A stretch of DNA of 64,000 nucleotides from a virus: IMG/VR virus record IMGVR_UViG_3300020180_000017, positions 1-64,000 of that record; one strand, written 5' to 3'. The notes beneath the pieces are model-generated. The model worked only from the letters and a program-made list of their open reading frames with translations, had not been told where the DNA came from and ran no database searches. Each line of letters starts with the position of its first letter. The first letter of the stretch is position 1. Shown here in pieces: positions 30,309 to 40,986 of the stretch. The translations under genes were made by a program, and so were the position numbers.

Positions 30309-32587
30309 TACTTTCTTTTAAAATATCCATTTAATTCTTTAGCATGAATAATACCACCCAATTGTTTTTTTGGTTTTACAATTACATCTGGTAAAGGATG
30401 TATTGCATCAAAAAATTGTGATGTCCTTTCTATATTATTTTCAATAAAATCTTCTACTTTACGAGGATAAGAACCTTTAGCTCTATACAATTGATTTTCC
30501 ACTAAATTCTTTTTTATATATGCTTCTATATCTTTTTCAGTTGGTTTTTCACTTTTAGATTGAAAAGGACTAAGTGCGTCGTCTACTGGAGCTTGAGATA
30601 AAACTTTTATAGCTTCTTTTCTTAATCTTTCTTTAGGGTCTTTAATAGAACCTCTATTCCACATATACGGTGTCCATCTACCTATTCCTCCACGTATATG
30701 TTCTGCATCAACTCCAGGAATACCTATTAAATCTTTTGAAAGATTTTCTCCTTTATTTTGTAAGTATTTCCTATTTCTAATATTCATTGCTACCATTAAT
30801 GGTAGCAATTTATCGTAATCATATAAATCCTTTGGACTATTGATATTAAATGTATTTTTAAGATCTGGAGCTAGTGTTGAAAATCTTATTTGTCCTGGCC
30901 CGATACTTTTAGTTTTTGGTTTAAAAATACGTTCAAAAATTGATTCTAAAGATTTTGAAGTGTTAAATTTAGATTCCTGCCATAATTCACCAGCAACATT
31001 CAACATTTCATCGTCAACTTCTGCTGTTGATGTATTTAGTATTTTAGCTAGCTTATTTCCTGTTTGTGTATTATTTGCAAACTCTAAATATTTTTTTAAA
31101 CCTTCTGGTGGGTTTTTTGCTAATTTTGATTCATCTCTTATTTTATATTCCCAAAGATTTGGGTTTTCAGTTTCAAATTTATTTATAGAATTTCTACGAA
31201 ATATTGCTTCTTTAGCTTCTGGATTAAATATTCTTTCTTGTTCAAGAGCTTCTTTATCTAAAGAATAACCTGGTCTTGTTACTAAACGTTCTTTGTTTTT
31301 AATTAATTCTTTAAGTTCATTTTGAGATAAATCTCTTTCTTCAAACGTTGATTTTCCCGAAGTACCTACAATCTTATATCTTTTTTCTCCTTCTTTTTCA
31401 TAAGAATTCATTATAATTTTTGCATCATAAGCTTTACCTTTATCAGTTGTAGCTTGAACAATATCTCCAATTTTAAAATTATCATTTACCCAATATCCAT
31501 CTTCTTTCTTTTCATTTTCGTCTTTACCTTTAATATTATCAGATAATTTTGTATTACTTAAATATCTTCCTTCATTCCATTTTTTACCTGATTTTTCCAT
31601 TAAGCCACATACTCCATCAATACAAGTGTTTTCTTCATTTGTTAAATTAACACCATTATCTTTTATTTTTGTTCTATCTGCTCTAAAATAAGGAATTGCT
31701 GATGTACCTATTATATTGCCATCTGCATACAAGTTTTTTAATTTTTGTTGGTATTCTTCTCTATCTTCTTTTGAATTATAAAAAGAACCACCCAATTGAA
31801 GTTTAAGCTTAGTTCCAAATTTACTTACATTTGTATTACCTAATACTCCAACACCCATTTTATATCCACTTGTTTTATTTTTTGAATTGGCAAACCATTC
31901 AGCTTGTTCAGTAGTGGGAAACTCTATATATTCTTTAGTATTATCTGCATAATCCCAAGCTGCGTCTCCTGTTAAATGTTCAAGTTTACCATTGCGATTT
32001 ACAATTTCAGGGTAAACTCTTTTTGTGTTAGGGTCGTAAGCCATGAGATGAGTGGATGGGTCAGTTTCACCAGGTATCATTAAAGTTTTAGGATTTTGTT
32101 CATATAACCTTTTTACGAATTCTTTTTTATTTCTATTAGCATTAAGTGTACTATCTACAAAACCTTGTTTATTTGTATTCCACAAACCACCCAATTGGTA
32201 TAAAGGTTGTTCAAATACTTTTGTAGCTCCAGGAAAATAATGTTCTTCTCCTTTATTCATCATTCTGGGTTTACCTACATTTGGAAATGCCATTACTCTA
32301 TTGGGTAATGTATTCATTCCCTTTTTATCTTTCATGGTTATCCTGTTTCCAGGAATTATTACAGGGCCATTTTCTTCCCAAAGTCCATTTGGATTTGTTG
32401 GTATCCCACCCAATTGTTTTTTTGGTAGTGTTGCTCCTGCTATTGCTGCTTTTTTAGTAGGGGCTACATACGTATTATCACCTATAGGTATAACTATAGG
32501 TTTATTAGCTAAAGTTTTCTTTCTTTTGCTAAAATTCAATCCAAAAAGATCTGCCTGTTTAGGGTCACTCAATTGATATTTTTTCAT
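30308..32587 (-). CDS. Modular virion protein (759 aa) with QLGG-delimited modules and putative peptidoglycan hydrolase domains (NlpC/CHAP-like, lysozyme/SLT-like)
   Basis: Four QLGG motifs; NTCIDGVC..GDIVQ; LWQESKF..SIGPGQI. Confidence 0.6.
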   Translation of the reverse strand: MKKYQLSDPKQADLFGLNFSKRKKTLANKPIVIPIGDNTYVAPTKKAAIAGATLPKKQLGGIPTNPNGLWEENGPVIIPGNRITMKDKKGMNTLPNRVMAFPNVGKPRMMNKGEEHYFPGATKVFEQPLYQLGGLWNTNKQGFVDSTLNANRNKKEFVKRLYEQNPKTLMIPGETDPSTHLMAYDPNTKRVYPEIVNRNGKLEHLTGDAAWDYADNTKEYIEFPTTEQAEWFANSKNKTSGYKMGVGVLGNTNVSKFGTKLKLQLGGSFYNSKEDREEYQQKLKNLYADGNIIGTSAIPYFRADRTKIKDNGVNLTNEENTCIDGVCGLMEKSGKKWNEGRYLSNTKLSDNIKGKDENEKKEDGYWVNDNFKIGDIVQATTDKGKAYDAKIIMNSYEKEGEKRYKIVGTSGKSTFEERDLSQNELKELIKNKERLVTRPGYSLDKEALEQERIFNPEAKEAIFRRNSINKFETENPNLWEYKIRDESKLAKNPPEGLKKYLEFANNTQTGNKLAKILNTSTAEVDDEMLNVAGELWQESKFNTSKSLESIFERIFKPKTKSIGPGQIRFSTLAPDLKNTFNINSPKDLYDYDKLLPLMVAMNIRNRKYLQNKGENLSKDLIGIPGVDAEHIRGGIGRWTPYMWNRGSIKDPKERLRKEAIKVLSQAPVDDALSPFQSKSEKPTEKDIEAYIKKNLVENQLYRAKGSYPRKVEDFIENNIERTSQFFDAIHPLPDVIVKPKKQLGGIIHAKELNGYFKRK

Positions 32588-32799
32588 TACATATATCTTT
32601 GCATCCCACCTTTTCTTGCTTGTGGAGGTATGTACTGCTCTTCTGGAGCTTGTTCTGGAGCTTGTCCTTCACCCATTAACTGTTGCATCAACATTTGTTG
32701 GCCTTCAGGGGAAAGCTGTTGTATTGCTTGTAATATTGCTTGAATCATTTGTGATTCATCTTGTGGGGCTTGGCCACCATCTTGATACCTTTTGTACAT
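32587..32799 (-). CDS. Small Gln-rich virion protein (70 aa) with YQDGG/RKGG motifs
   Basis: Coupled ORF sharing the xxGG motif of its neighbours. Confidence 0.65.
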   Translation of the reverse strand: MYKRYQDGGQAPQDESQMIQAILQAIQQLSPEGQQMLMQQLMGEGQAPEQAPEEQYIPPQARKGGMQRYM

Positions 32800-32801
32800 A
32801 A

Positions 32802-35800
32802 TTATCTAATTGAATTGGTTATTTTTGAATTTAAAAATTTAAATATAAATTGTGTTCTACCTGAAACTTCTTTTGCCAACCATATTTCGTGGTAAGAATG
32901 TCTGAATTTTGATATTTTAGAGGAATCCATATTAATTGTATATAAAGATCTTGTGTATCCGTTATCGTCATTTTTGAGTATGTAAGCATCCATATTAGAA
33001 AATTCTCCTCTATCTTTTACTATATTGTTAAAACCATTAAACCTATATCTGTTTTCTTTTTTTATGCATAAAACATCTGTCGTAAAGTTATTTACTACTT
33101 TAGGGTAATTATATAAGTCAATGTCTCTCACTTCTGTTTTTGTTATGAGATTTAACATTCCAGAATTTTGTTCTGAATTTGATACTATGGCTCTGTCAAA
33201 GTTTTCTTTTAAGACGTGATATTTATCCAAACAATTATTTATGTAGTGATAAGCTTCTAATTGATATTCAAATGAATTTAATATGTTTATTTCTTGACCG
33301 TAAGAAATAATTGGAGAAACTTCCCAAGGATAATCTTTTCCGTAGAAATTACAGTAAGACCCACAATTATCATTATGTTTCCATAATGCATTATTTTTAA
33401 TTGTAAGAAAGTGATCTTCCAATTGAACTACTCCATCTGGATGCCAATCATGAAAGGAAATAAATCCTTCATTTTGTGCTCTATAACTTAATGTCCAAGA
33501 AGCACTTTTAAAATAAAGTGGGTTATTTAGTGATATTGGGTTACCTTGATATTCAAATTGTTTTTTAATGGAGTTATATATAATACTTTCTAATAAAGGA
33601 ACGTAGTCTTTTTTACAGAGATATATCGTTTCGTAAAAATTATCATATACCATACTATATCCTACACCACATGCTATATTATCTTCTTCTGCATAATTTG
33701 GAAAGACTTTCTTTAACTTTAAAGGCATAAACTCTTTACTCCAAAAATGTATACCTTGTTTAGTCACATCATCCAAAGATTTTTCTGAAAATCTAAACAA
33801 TCTTCCTTGTGATGCAGAAGGGTAGTAGTACCCAGATGGAGTTGATAAAAAAGCATATTTTGATTGTGTACTTCCATAAGCTACATCAGTATGCATTATT
33901 TCTCTTGGTTGTCTTGCAAATAATCCTCCATCCCCTATTGTAATTGTGTCATTATTCAATTGCAATTCACTTCTACCCACTGATAAATACGGAGAAGCTT
34001 TATCAAACAAAAATATTAATCTGTCCATATCAACAGAGTGAACACCAATAAGATTTCCAAATTGTAGATTATCAAAAGAGTAATAATTATTATTTAAAAA
34101 AGATTTCCAATTATTTACTCTTTGATTTTTAAAAGCAGGTAATGAATAAATTACTGCATTTTTATCTCTGAATAAATCATCTATTTTCAATTGTTGTTGA
34201 GAAAATATTTGATTAGTTTCCAATTTAAAAAAAGAAGGGCTCAACTTAAACTCTTCTGCAAATTCTAGTCTGTCACTTCTAAATATGGATGATAAATTTG
34301 AATTTTCTGAAGAGTAATGCGGATGTGTAGTTTCTTCTCTAAACCAAAGATTAGCATCTGCTTCAACTATGTGATTTACTACTCCATTAATTGAAGTGTA
34401 CATGTATTCATCTGTTACAGTAAACAGATTTTTATTATTTTTTTTGCAATCTAAATTATGGTTTTGTGCTGGTAACTTTCCTTGACTTGGAGCCTTGCTA
34501 ACTATATTTGTTAATTCATAGGGTTCATTATTATAGTAGAATCGAGGGTAACCAAGGTTACGATAATTTTTATAGTTAAAAATAAAGTCATCTGCATTAT
34601 TATAATTAGAAATACTCTGTGAAAATACTTGCCTTCTAGTTTGAAAAGATGTTTGTACAATAACACAGTCTCCTCCTGCTATTACTGGAGACTCGTAAAA
34701 TCCACTTCCACTTACAACTATTGGGCAAGAATGAGTTTTAACGTATTGTCCACTATCAAGTGTCCCATATTGATTTCTATTTGAAATTTTTGAAATGGCG
34801 TAGTACATTGCTGCTGAACCAGATGTTGTATTTGTAATGTCATTGCACACTCCAAATTCTGTTGCAGTTCTATTGCTATTATCTTCAAATGTAATTTCTG
34901 GAACTTCTTTATTTAACTCTACGTATATAGTTTTATTTCCTTTAAAGTTATTAAATATTGTGCCATTATTAAGTTCTACATTATTATCTGGAATGTATAG
35001 ATAATCCTTTACGTATCTTCTTTTATTAATGCATTTACTTTGATTAAATGTAGCTACACTATTATGTTGATAAGCATAGCTACGGGGCTTTACTAATTTT
35101 TGAATTATATCTAGCCATATTTGAGCATGTTGAGAAGCAAGTAAAGTAAAACCCAACGTTTTAGCAGTTGTTTGAAGTATTCCCATTAACACTCTATTAG
35201 GTTTTAAAGCTAACAGATCTTCTGTATTACTTGTGGATTTATTCCATAGAGTATCACATGTTTCAAATAATGTAGTTTTAGCTACTACAGTTGTAGTTGT
35301 TGTAGCAGGAGGTGTTGTTGTTACTGTTGTAGTGACTTCAGGATTCTTTTTTTGAGTTGTTTTACATACTTTACCATTTAATTCTAAATAGGCTTGTATT
35401 AGTCCTAAGAATGAAGCTAAATACAAAGAAAAGTTAGTTATCAATGTAGCTTTTGGATGTCTGTATACTTCTTCAAAACTACCTTTAACTTCAGCTTTTT
35501 CTTCTGTTAATATTTTTAATTCTTCTCCTAAACCTGTTTTTAATCCGTAATTAGCATCTGCTGTATAAAAACTAAATCTATCTTTATAAACTTTTGATAA
35601 AGGATTAAAACCTTGCTCTTTATTATTCTTACTATTTACAATGGTGGAAGAATGAAAACTATCTGGTGATTGATCGTTAAACGGATAATTTTGGTAGAGT
35701 ATTTCTCTTTTTTGATCCAACATACTTCTTATGTTAGATAAATATCCTGTGGCCAATACAGATTTATTTCCTGCTTCTCTACTTTGCCTTAATATTTCAT

Positions 35801-37355
35801 AACCAACAATATCTTTTCTATATGCCCCATCTTTATTTTTAGGGTGCTCAATTTTTTTAAATTGCCACAACTTTAAATTGATGTGTATCACTCCATCTAC
35901 ATTAGTATATCTTTCTGCTATACATTCATCAGGAAATTTAGGATAACGAATTGGAGTACAAGCGTCATCTCCAAATAGTAACTTATCACTAGGATAAAGT
36001 TCTGTACTTTCAAAGTACGCCATTTCTCCTTTTCCTATTATTTTGCCGTCACAAAGAAGGGTTTCTTTTCTTATTAAATTACCCGCAGTGTTTTTTACTT
36101 GCCATTGTTGAATTTTTTCTGGAGCATCACAAATATTCAGATTTTTATCCAATTCAAAAACTTCGTCACCACTTGCATTACTACTATCTTTTCCTGTTTT
36201 TTTTCTTCCTGGTATATGATACCTATTTGATTTTTCTCCTTTATTTGTTATCCATCTAATTGCAGGAGAGTAGTTTTCATCTCCAAAGTACCCAAAATCA
36301 AAATTATTTTTATAATATTCTAAGGGTACTTGTTTTATTACATATTCCACTTCAATATTCATTGCTTGTAATTGATAGTCAAGTGGCTCTGAATATTGTA
36401 TATCTGAATAAAGTAAGTATTCGCTATTACTAGTTATATTACCTACTTTACTTGGAATTCTATTTTCTATTATAACTCTGTCCAATGTTTCCCTTATATT
36501 GGATATATCGGATATAGTTACTTTTGATTGTGAAGTCGAGTAAGGTCCGTAAGTGTAGTATGATTCGTTATTAACTGCTGAATTTTCCTGTCCATTAAAT
36601 GCTGTATTAACAATTAATAAAATTTGATATTCTTCGTAGTTTTGATCAAGATTTTTTATGGTTAAATCAATTCCACCTCTATTTTGATTAAATATTTGTA
36701 TAGGGGTTGATAGTGATTGATAGTCTCCAATTTTATCTCCACCTGCTAAATAAGATATACCCACAGAATAAGTGCCATTAGGTAAGTTTCCTCTTCCTTT
36801 TTTTATTTCCAAGCAAGGTATTGTCGTTTCTTTAAATTGAAATAATTGCTTACAATCAATTTCATTGCCAATTATTTTTTCCTTACAGTTAGTATCTTTA
36901 TTGATAGTATATTTATAAGGTATATTAGATAGGTTTATTTCTCCTATATCAATATCTTCATTTCCAAACACAACATACTCTTCTACATTATTTAATATTC
37001 TGCTTCTACCTATAATTGGTTTACAAGTGAACTTATATTCTGGGCAATCAACTTTAAACAATTTTTCATAGGTACAGTTTACTATATTTAATATGCCAAA
37101 CTCTCCATTTTGCTGTATTATTAATAATCTATTATCCCTTAACTGTATTTGAGATAAAGGAGTAGACTCAAATTGATAGCATAACTTATTACTTTGTTCA
37201 TTGGATAACGTAAATAATTGCCCATCCATACCATGCACCATTGTGTTTCTGGCATGTTTCCATGTATCACTCCCATTAAAGTTAGAGTGAACATCTTTTA
37301 CTAGTTTTTTAGTAAAGGTGCTTGTTTTTATATTTGAAATTTCTTTTTCTGCCAT
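32802..37355 (-). CDS. Tail stabilization/muzzle-like protein (~1517 aa)
   Basis: Size and position (after ring proteins, before cargo genes); motifs HARN..LSNE, IGDGGLF, WTLSY..FISFHDWHP. Start moved to ATG 37355 (TAATG overlap). Confidence 0.75.
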   Translation of the reverse strand: MAEKEISNIKTSTFTKKLVKDVHSNFNGSDTWKHARNTMVHGMDGQLFTLSNEQSNKLCYQFESTPLSQIQLRDNRLLIIQQNGEFGILNIVNCTYEKLFKVDCPEYKFTCKPIIGRSRILNNVEEYVVFGNEDIDIGEINLSNIPYKYTINKDTNCKEKIIGNEIDCKQLFQFKETTIPCLEIKKGRGNLPNGTYSVGISYLAGGDKIGDYQSLSTPIQIFNQNRGGIDLTIKNLDQNYEEYQILLIVNTAFNGQENSAVNNESYYTYGPYSTSQSKVTISDISNIRETLDRVIIENRIPSKVGNITSNSEYLLYSDIQYSEPLDYQLQAMNIEVEYVIKQVPLEYYKNNFDFGYFGDENYSPAIRWITNKGEKSNRYHIPGRKKTGKDSSNASGDEVFELDKNLNICDAPEKIQQWQVKNTAGNLIRKETLLCDGKIIGKGEMAYFESTELYPSDKLLFGDDACTPIRYPKFPDECIAERYTNVDGVIHINLKLWQFKKIEHPKNKDGAYRKDIVGYEILRQSREAGNKSVLATGYLSNIRSMLDQKREILYQNYPFNDQSPDSFHSSTIVNSKNNKEQGFNPLSKVYKDRFSFYTADANYGLKTGLGEELKILTEEKAEVKGSFEEVYRHPKATLITNFSLYLASFLGLIQAYLELNGKVCKTTQKKNPEVTTTVTTTPPATTTTTVVAKTTLFETCDTLWNKSTSNTEDLLALKPNRVLMGILQTTAKTLGFTLLASQHAQIWLDIIQKLVKPRSYAYQHNSVATFNQSKCINKRRYVKDYLYIPDNNVELNNGTIFNNFKGNKTIYVELNKEVPEITFEDNSNRTATEFGVCNDITNTTSGSAAMYYAISKISNRNQYGTLDSGQYVKTHSCPIVVSGSGFYESPVIAGGDCVIVQTSFQTRRQVFSQSISNYNNADDFIFNYKNYRNLGYPRFYYNNEPYELTNIVSKAPSQGKLPAQNHNLDCKKNNKNLFTVTDEYMYTSINGVVNHIVEADANLWFREETTHPHYSSENSNLSSIFRSDRLEFAEEFKLSPSFFKLETNQIFSQQQLKIDDLFRDKNAVIYSLPAFKNQRVNNWKSFLNNNYYSFDNLQFGNLIGVHSVDMDRLIFLFDKASPYLSVGRSELQLNNDTITIGDGGLFARQPREIMHTDVAYGSTQSKYAFLSTPSGYYYPSASQGRLFRFSEKSLDDVTKQGIHFWSKEFMPLKLKKVFPNYAEEDNIACGVGYSMVYDNFYETIYLCKKDYVPLLESIIYNSIKKQFEYQGNPISLNNPLYFKSASWTLSYRAQNEGFISFHDWHPDGVVQLEDHFLTIKNNALWKHNDNCGSYCNFYGKDYPWEVSPIISYGQEINILNSFEYQLEAYHYINNCLDKYHVLKENFDRAIVSNSEQNSGMLNLITKTEVRDIDLYNYPKVVNNFTTDVLCIKKENRYRFNGFNNIVKDRGEFSNMDAYILKNDDNGYTRSLYTINMDSSKISKFRHSYHEIWLAKEVSGRTQFIFKFLNSKITNSIR

Positions 37356-38164
37356 TAGTAAAATGGAATAAACCATTTATTGTAAAATGCTGCTTGCTCT
37401 TCTTTATATCTTTTATTTAATTGCCTAATTGATTCACTTTTTATATAATTATCAAAATCTACATAAGTAAGATTCATTTGTTTTTCTGCATATTGTAATT
37501 TTCTTTCTACGTCATCCTCTGAATTCATAAATATATCCTGTAGTATTTTAACTTTTACACTCCATTCGTAAAAAAAATATAATTGAGGTTGCTTCGGTAT
37601 TAGCCCTATGGCATCCATATCTATATAATAAGTTATGATTGCTTTTCCTGTAGTTACTCCAAATTCTATTAAACTTTCGTCTCTATTAATTTTGTAAGTG
37701 TGTTTATTGCATTGATCTATTGATGGAGTAAGAGTAGAGTGTTCAGTAAATACTAAAAATTGTTCTTTGCTTTGTTTATAAGGTATTGTCCAATAGCAAA
37801 CTCCGCAATCATTTATACAACCAAGTGGTGTATAAACAGGTTCACCTTCTTTTGGTTTTTCACATACTTGCTCTGTCCAATTTTGATAAAAAGGTAATGA
37901 AGAAGGTACTTTGAAATTGGATATAATATCTATAGACTTTACTTTTTTTAAATTGTCAGGTAAAGTTGCTACGCCATTTTCTATTTCTAAAATACTACAC
38001 TCAATCGGATTTATTCTTATACCTGCTATACTATTTGTATAACTTATTATTTTATAGAGTCCAGAGACATCAATAATCCCACCTTCAAAATATTTTTTAA
38101 AGTCTCCTTTAATAGAATCAAGAAGTTGTTTTAATGTAATATATTCTGTATTAACTAAATTCAT
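37355..38164 (-). CDS. Tail ring/tubular protein (269 aa)
   Basis: LEIENGVATLPDNL..YY..D..GLIP pattern; immediately precedes the muzzle gene. Confidence 0.65.
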   Translation of the reverse strand: MNLVNTEYITLKQLLDSIKGDFKKYFEGGIIDVSGLYKIISYTNSIAGIRINPIECSILEIENGVATLPDNLKKVKSIDIISNFKVPSSLPFYQNWTEQVCEKPKEGEPVYTPLGCINDCGVCYWTIPYKQSKEQFLVFTEHSTLTPSIDQCNKHTYKINRDESLIEFGVTTGKAIITYYIDMDAIGLIPKQPQLYFFYEWSVKVKILQDIFMNSEDDVERKLQYAEKQMNLTYVDFDNYIKSESIRQLNKRYKEEQAAFYNKWFIPFY

Positions 38165-38799
38165 TTGTTTTCATTTTTATCTATCTTTTCTTGGTTTACT
38201 ATTTGTATTGAAATAGACATTTCTTTTATTGCAAATTCAATTGCTTGAGCTTGTAACTTTTCAGAAATCATCCACTCTTTATCCAAATATCTTTTACATT
38301 TATTGCAATCAATTACTTCTTCTTTGAATACAGCTAATATGTTTATTTGTTTGGGAAGATCTCCATAAATATAACCTCCTTGATAAAAATAAAACTTTTC
38401 TGTTTTTGGAATCCAAGGACTTTCTTTTTTGGAAGGGTAAGAAGATATTGTAGAAGAATTTAATTCTGTACTATTATCTATTGAACTTACACTTTTAATC
38501 ATTACACCAAGACTATCTTCAAATAAATCTGGTATTTTTTCTTTTGTCCTTTTAATTACGCACTTAGTAGTTATTCCACAACAAGGGTCTACTTTTGGTA
38601 CATCAATTACAGTAGCACATTTATAGGATTGATTAATTTTACTTCTACGCCCTAACTTAAATGTTTCAGACTCTCTTTCCATTAACCAATTAGCATGTTT
38701 GTTTAATATCGTATCAATTTGTTTATTGGTTACTCTATTATCAGCGTTAATCTTTTTTAAGATTGTTTTAACATTACTTATTGCTTCTCTTTTTGTCAT
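38161..38799 (-). CDS. Tail ring protein (212 aa)
   Basis: Cys-containing VPKVDPCC..KRTKEKIP..YFYQGGYIY..AVF pattern; synteny. Confidence 0.65.
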   Translation of the reverse strand: MTKREAISNVKTILKKINADNRVTNKQIDTILNKHANWLMERESETFKLGRRSKINQSYKCATVIDVPKVDPCCGITTKCVIKRTKEKIPDLFEDSLGVMIKSVSSIDNSTELNSSTISSYPSKKESPWIPKTEKFYFYQGGYIYGDLPKQINILAVFKEEVIDCNKCKRYLDKEWMISEKLQAQAIEFAIKEMSISIQIVNQEKIDKNENK

Positions 38800-39314
38800 T
38801 TAATGGGTTTGTGAAGTTTATTAACATCTTTATATTGATTGCCATTTTGTTTTATGCCTTCATTACACATTTTATTTATTTTTCTAACTGCTCTAAATCC
38901 TAAGTAAGACAGGAAAAAATGCACTCTACGTGCAAATTCTGTTTTCCATATCATTTTTGCAGGTTTATTATTTGTGTGGAAATTTAAGTATTTTATGGGT
39001 TTACCTGCTTCTGCACTTGCTTTTATATCTATTACGTTATGTACTCTTAACAATCCAAGTTTCATTTCTCCCATATTATTTCCTAATTGGATACCATCAG
39101 GTTCTTCAATTATCAATGAAGCCATAGCGTATGAAATGCTTTCCCAATCTTTTAATATTTCAGCATCTTTCTTTTTATATTCTGGATAAGCCTTTCTAAA
39201 TTTATCAAAAAATGATTTAGTTAAAAGTTGTTCAGTATATTTTGACTTACCAAATCTTTTTGCTTTTCTATCATTAATATTTAAAATTAATTTTTCTGGT
39301 TGTATTTCATCCAT
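38796..39314 (-). CDS. IHF/HU-like protein of the crAss structural module
   Basis: Helical N-terminus, then DGIQLGNNMGEMKL beta-arm pattern; likelier start MDEIQ at 39314. Confidence 0.55.
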   Translation of the reverse strand: MDEIQPEKLILNINDRKAKRFGKSKYTEQLLTKSFFDKFRKAYPEYKKKDAEILKDWESISYAMASLIIEEPDGIQLGNNMGEMKLGLLRVHNVIDIKASAEAGKPIKYLNFHTNNKPAKMIWKTEFARRVHFFLSYLGFRAVRKINKMCNEGIKQNGNQYKDVNKLHKPIK

Positions 39315-39395
39315 AATAAAAATATAATCTTTTTTTGTAATAAAAACTAAAATAACTTGACAAATTAATATCAAGTTATTTTAAGGTTAATCTAA

Positions 39396-40685
39396 TTATT
39401 TAAATCTTATTACTTGTCTCATTGGTTCAGGCATTTCCAACCAAAATAATTCTATTACTACTCCTGCTTTACTTGAACCAAAATTTACTGTTTGCCAATC
39501 TGACCCATCTGCTATACTTGGTATGCTAACATACCTAAATGATTTAGCTTCTGTCTCTGCATATTTATGTTGATCTGCCTTAATGAAACTTACATTTACT
39601 TTTTTAGGATTTATTCCTTGTTCTAATATATAATCAGTTAAATAACTTTCTGTTTTTGAATCTATAACAACTGGTAATGGACTTTTTTGATGTTTTTCAT
39701 CTTTACCATGTATTGCAAAAAGAATATGTTCAGTAGCTAAATTTATTTCTGTAATTAAATCTGTAGAGTTATTCATTTCTACAAAAGGGAATTTTTGAGA
39801 TACATACAATTTAAGCCATTCATTTGCCATATATGAAAATCCAAGACCTGTGTGGTTACTATTGTTAACTTCTACGATTTTATATTTATTGGCTATATTA
39901 GAACTGAATATATCGTCATAGAATATCTTACGAGAGGATACGTAATCATCAAATTGCTCTTTATTAGAAGAGGATTTTACTATGTGTCCCCCTCTTGTTG
40001 TTTGTTCATTCCACCCATTCATTTGATCTCCAAGAGAAACAATGACTAATTCATTAATTCCCTTAAATTGACTTATAATGCTTTCTGAAACAGTTTTTAA
40101 TCTACCTTGATAAGTGTGTTTTGTGTATTTACCATTTTCAAGAAGCATACCAATGTGATCATCTGAAATATAAATAACCATAGATGTTTTTGCTACATTT
40201 TTAGAACTACCTTGTTCAAATGGTTTTATAGTATTAGGGAACAGCTCTTTTAGTTTTTCTTTGAGTTCTCCTTCATTATAGAAATCCTGAACATTATATC
40301 TGAGATCTACGCTATAATCCCACTCTGTTCCATTTTTAGCACTTTTATTCCATACTCTTGCTACTTTAGTATTTATACCATCAGCCCCTACTAATTCACT
40401 TATTTCAGTGGGTGTGAGTGGTCTATTAGACTTAATCTTTATGTTATTTTCTGTTTTTGAAGTGATGTGTGGTTCTTGATAAGTCTCTGTAATTTTATCG
40501 TCATAAAAAGTTACATCTTCTATTGCAGCCAAAGCTGAATTTAGTTTACTGGCTTTATACTTACTCTCTTTAATATCTTCAATAGGAACTCCAAACCTTT
40601 TTGATAGTTTAGGATTGGATATGTAATTAGTATCCATCAATTTAGGATTATCTATAAATGCCTGTGTTACTTTGTCAATTATCAT
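39396..40685 (-). CDS. Calcineurin-like metallophosphoesterase (429 aa) with an N-terminal HTH-like region
   Basis: Motifs ISDDHIG, SLGD, SNH, IHG, ADQH. Confidence 0.8.
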   Translation of the reverse strand: MIIDKVTQAFIDNPKLMDTNYISNPKLSKRFGVPIEDIKESKYKASKLNSALAAIEDVTFYDDKITETYQEPHITSKTENNIKIKSNRPLTPTEISELVGADGINTKVARVWNKSAKNGTEWDYSVDLRYNVQDFYNEGELKEKLKELFPNTIKPFEQGSSKNVAKTSMVIYISDDHIGMLLENGKYTKHTYQGRLKTVSESIISQFKGINELVIVSLGDQMNGWNEQTTRGGHIVKSSSNKEQFDDYVSSRKIFYDDIFSSNIANKYKIVEVNNSNHTGLGFSYMANEWLKLYVSQKFPFVEMNNSTDLITEINLATEHILFAIHGKDEKHQKSPLPVVIDSKTESYLTDYILEQGINPKKVNVSFIKADQHKYAETEAKSFRYVSIPSIADGSDWQTVNFGSSKAGVVIELFWLEMPEPMRQVIRFK

Positions 40686-40704
40686 TTTATTTATTTAAGA
40701 TTAG

Positions 40705-40775
40705 TAGAGCTATTAGGATTCGAACCTAAACTAATCGCTTAGAAGGCGATTTTGCATCCATTACAACATAGCTCT
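40705..40775 (-). tRNA. trnR: tRNA-Arg (anticodon UCU), CCA not encoded
   Basis: Acceptor stem AGAGCTA/TAGCTCT; anticodon arm ATCGC-CTTCTAA-GCGAT; T arm TTAGG-TTCGAAT-CCTAA. Confidence 0.93.
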
Positions 40776-40777
40776 AT

Positions 40778-40801
40778 AAAAAAAAGGGGTATTACCCCCT
40801 T
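40778..40801 (-). terminator. Intrinsic terminator-like hairpin immediately 5' of tRNA-Arg
   Basis: AGGGG-GTAATA-CCCCT followed by a T run on the minus strand. Confidence 0.65.
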
Positions 40802-40814
40802 AATAATTCTTTTA

Positions 40815-40982
40815 TTACATAGCCAAACCGTTACGATATTGATTACTCATTATTTTAAATAATGCTGTTTTTTTAAATTTATTTATTGTACTTTCTTTTA
40901 TACCTATTCTCATTGAGATTCTTGCACTACTGCATTTAATGTAGGAAGGGTTTTCTTGCAAAAATTTTACTGTTGTTTTCAT
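40815..40982 (-). CDS. Small basic hypothetical protein (55 aa), possibly HTH-like
   Basis: Hand-translated MKTTVKFLQENPSYIKCSSARISMRIGIKESTINKFKK...; A-rich leader; below the track cutoff. Confidence 0.6.
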   Translation of the reverse strand: MKTTVKFLQENPSYIKCSSARISMRIGIKESTINKFKKTALFKIMSNQYRNGLAM

Positions 40983-40986
40983 TTTT

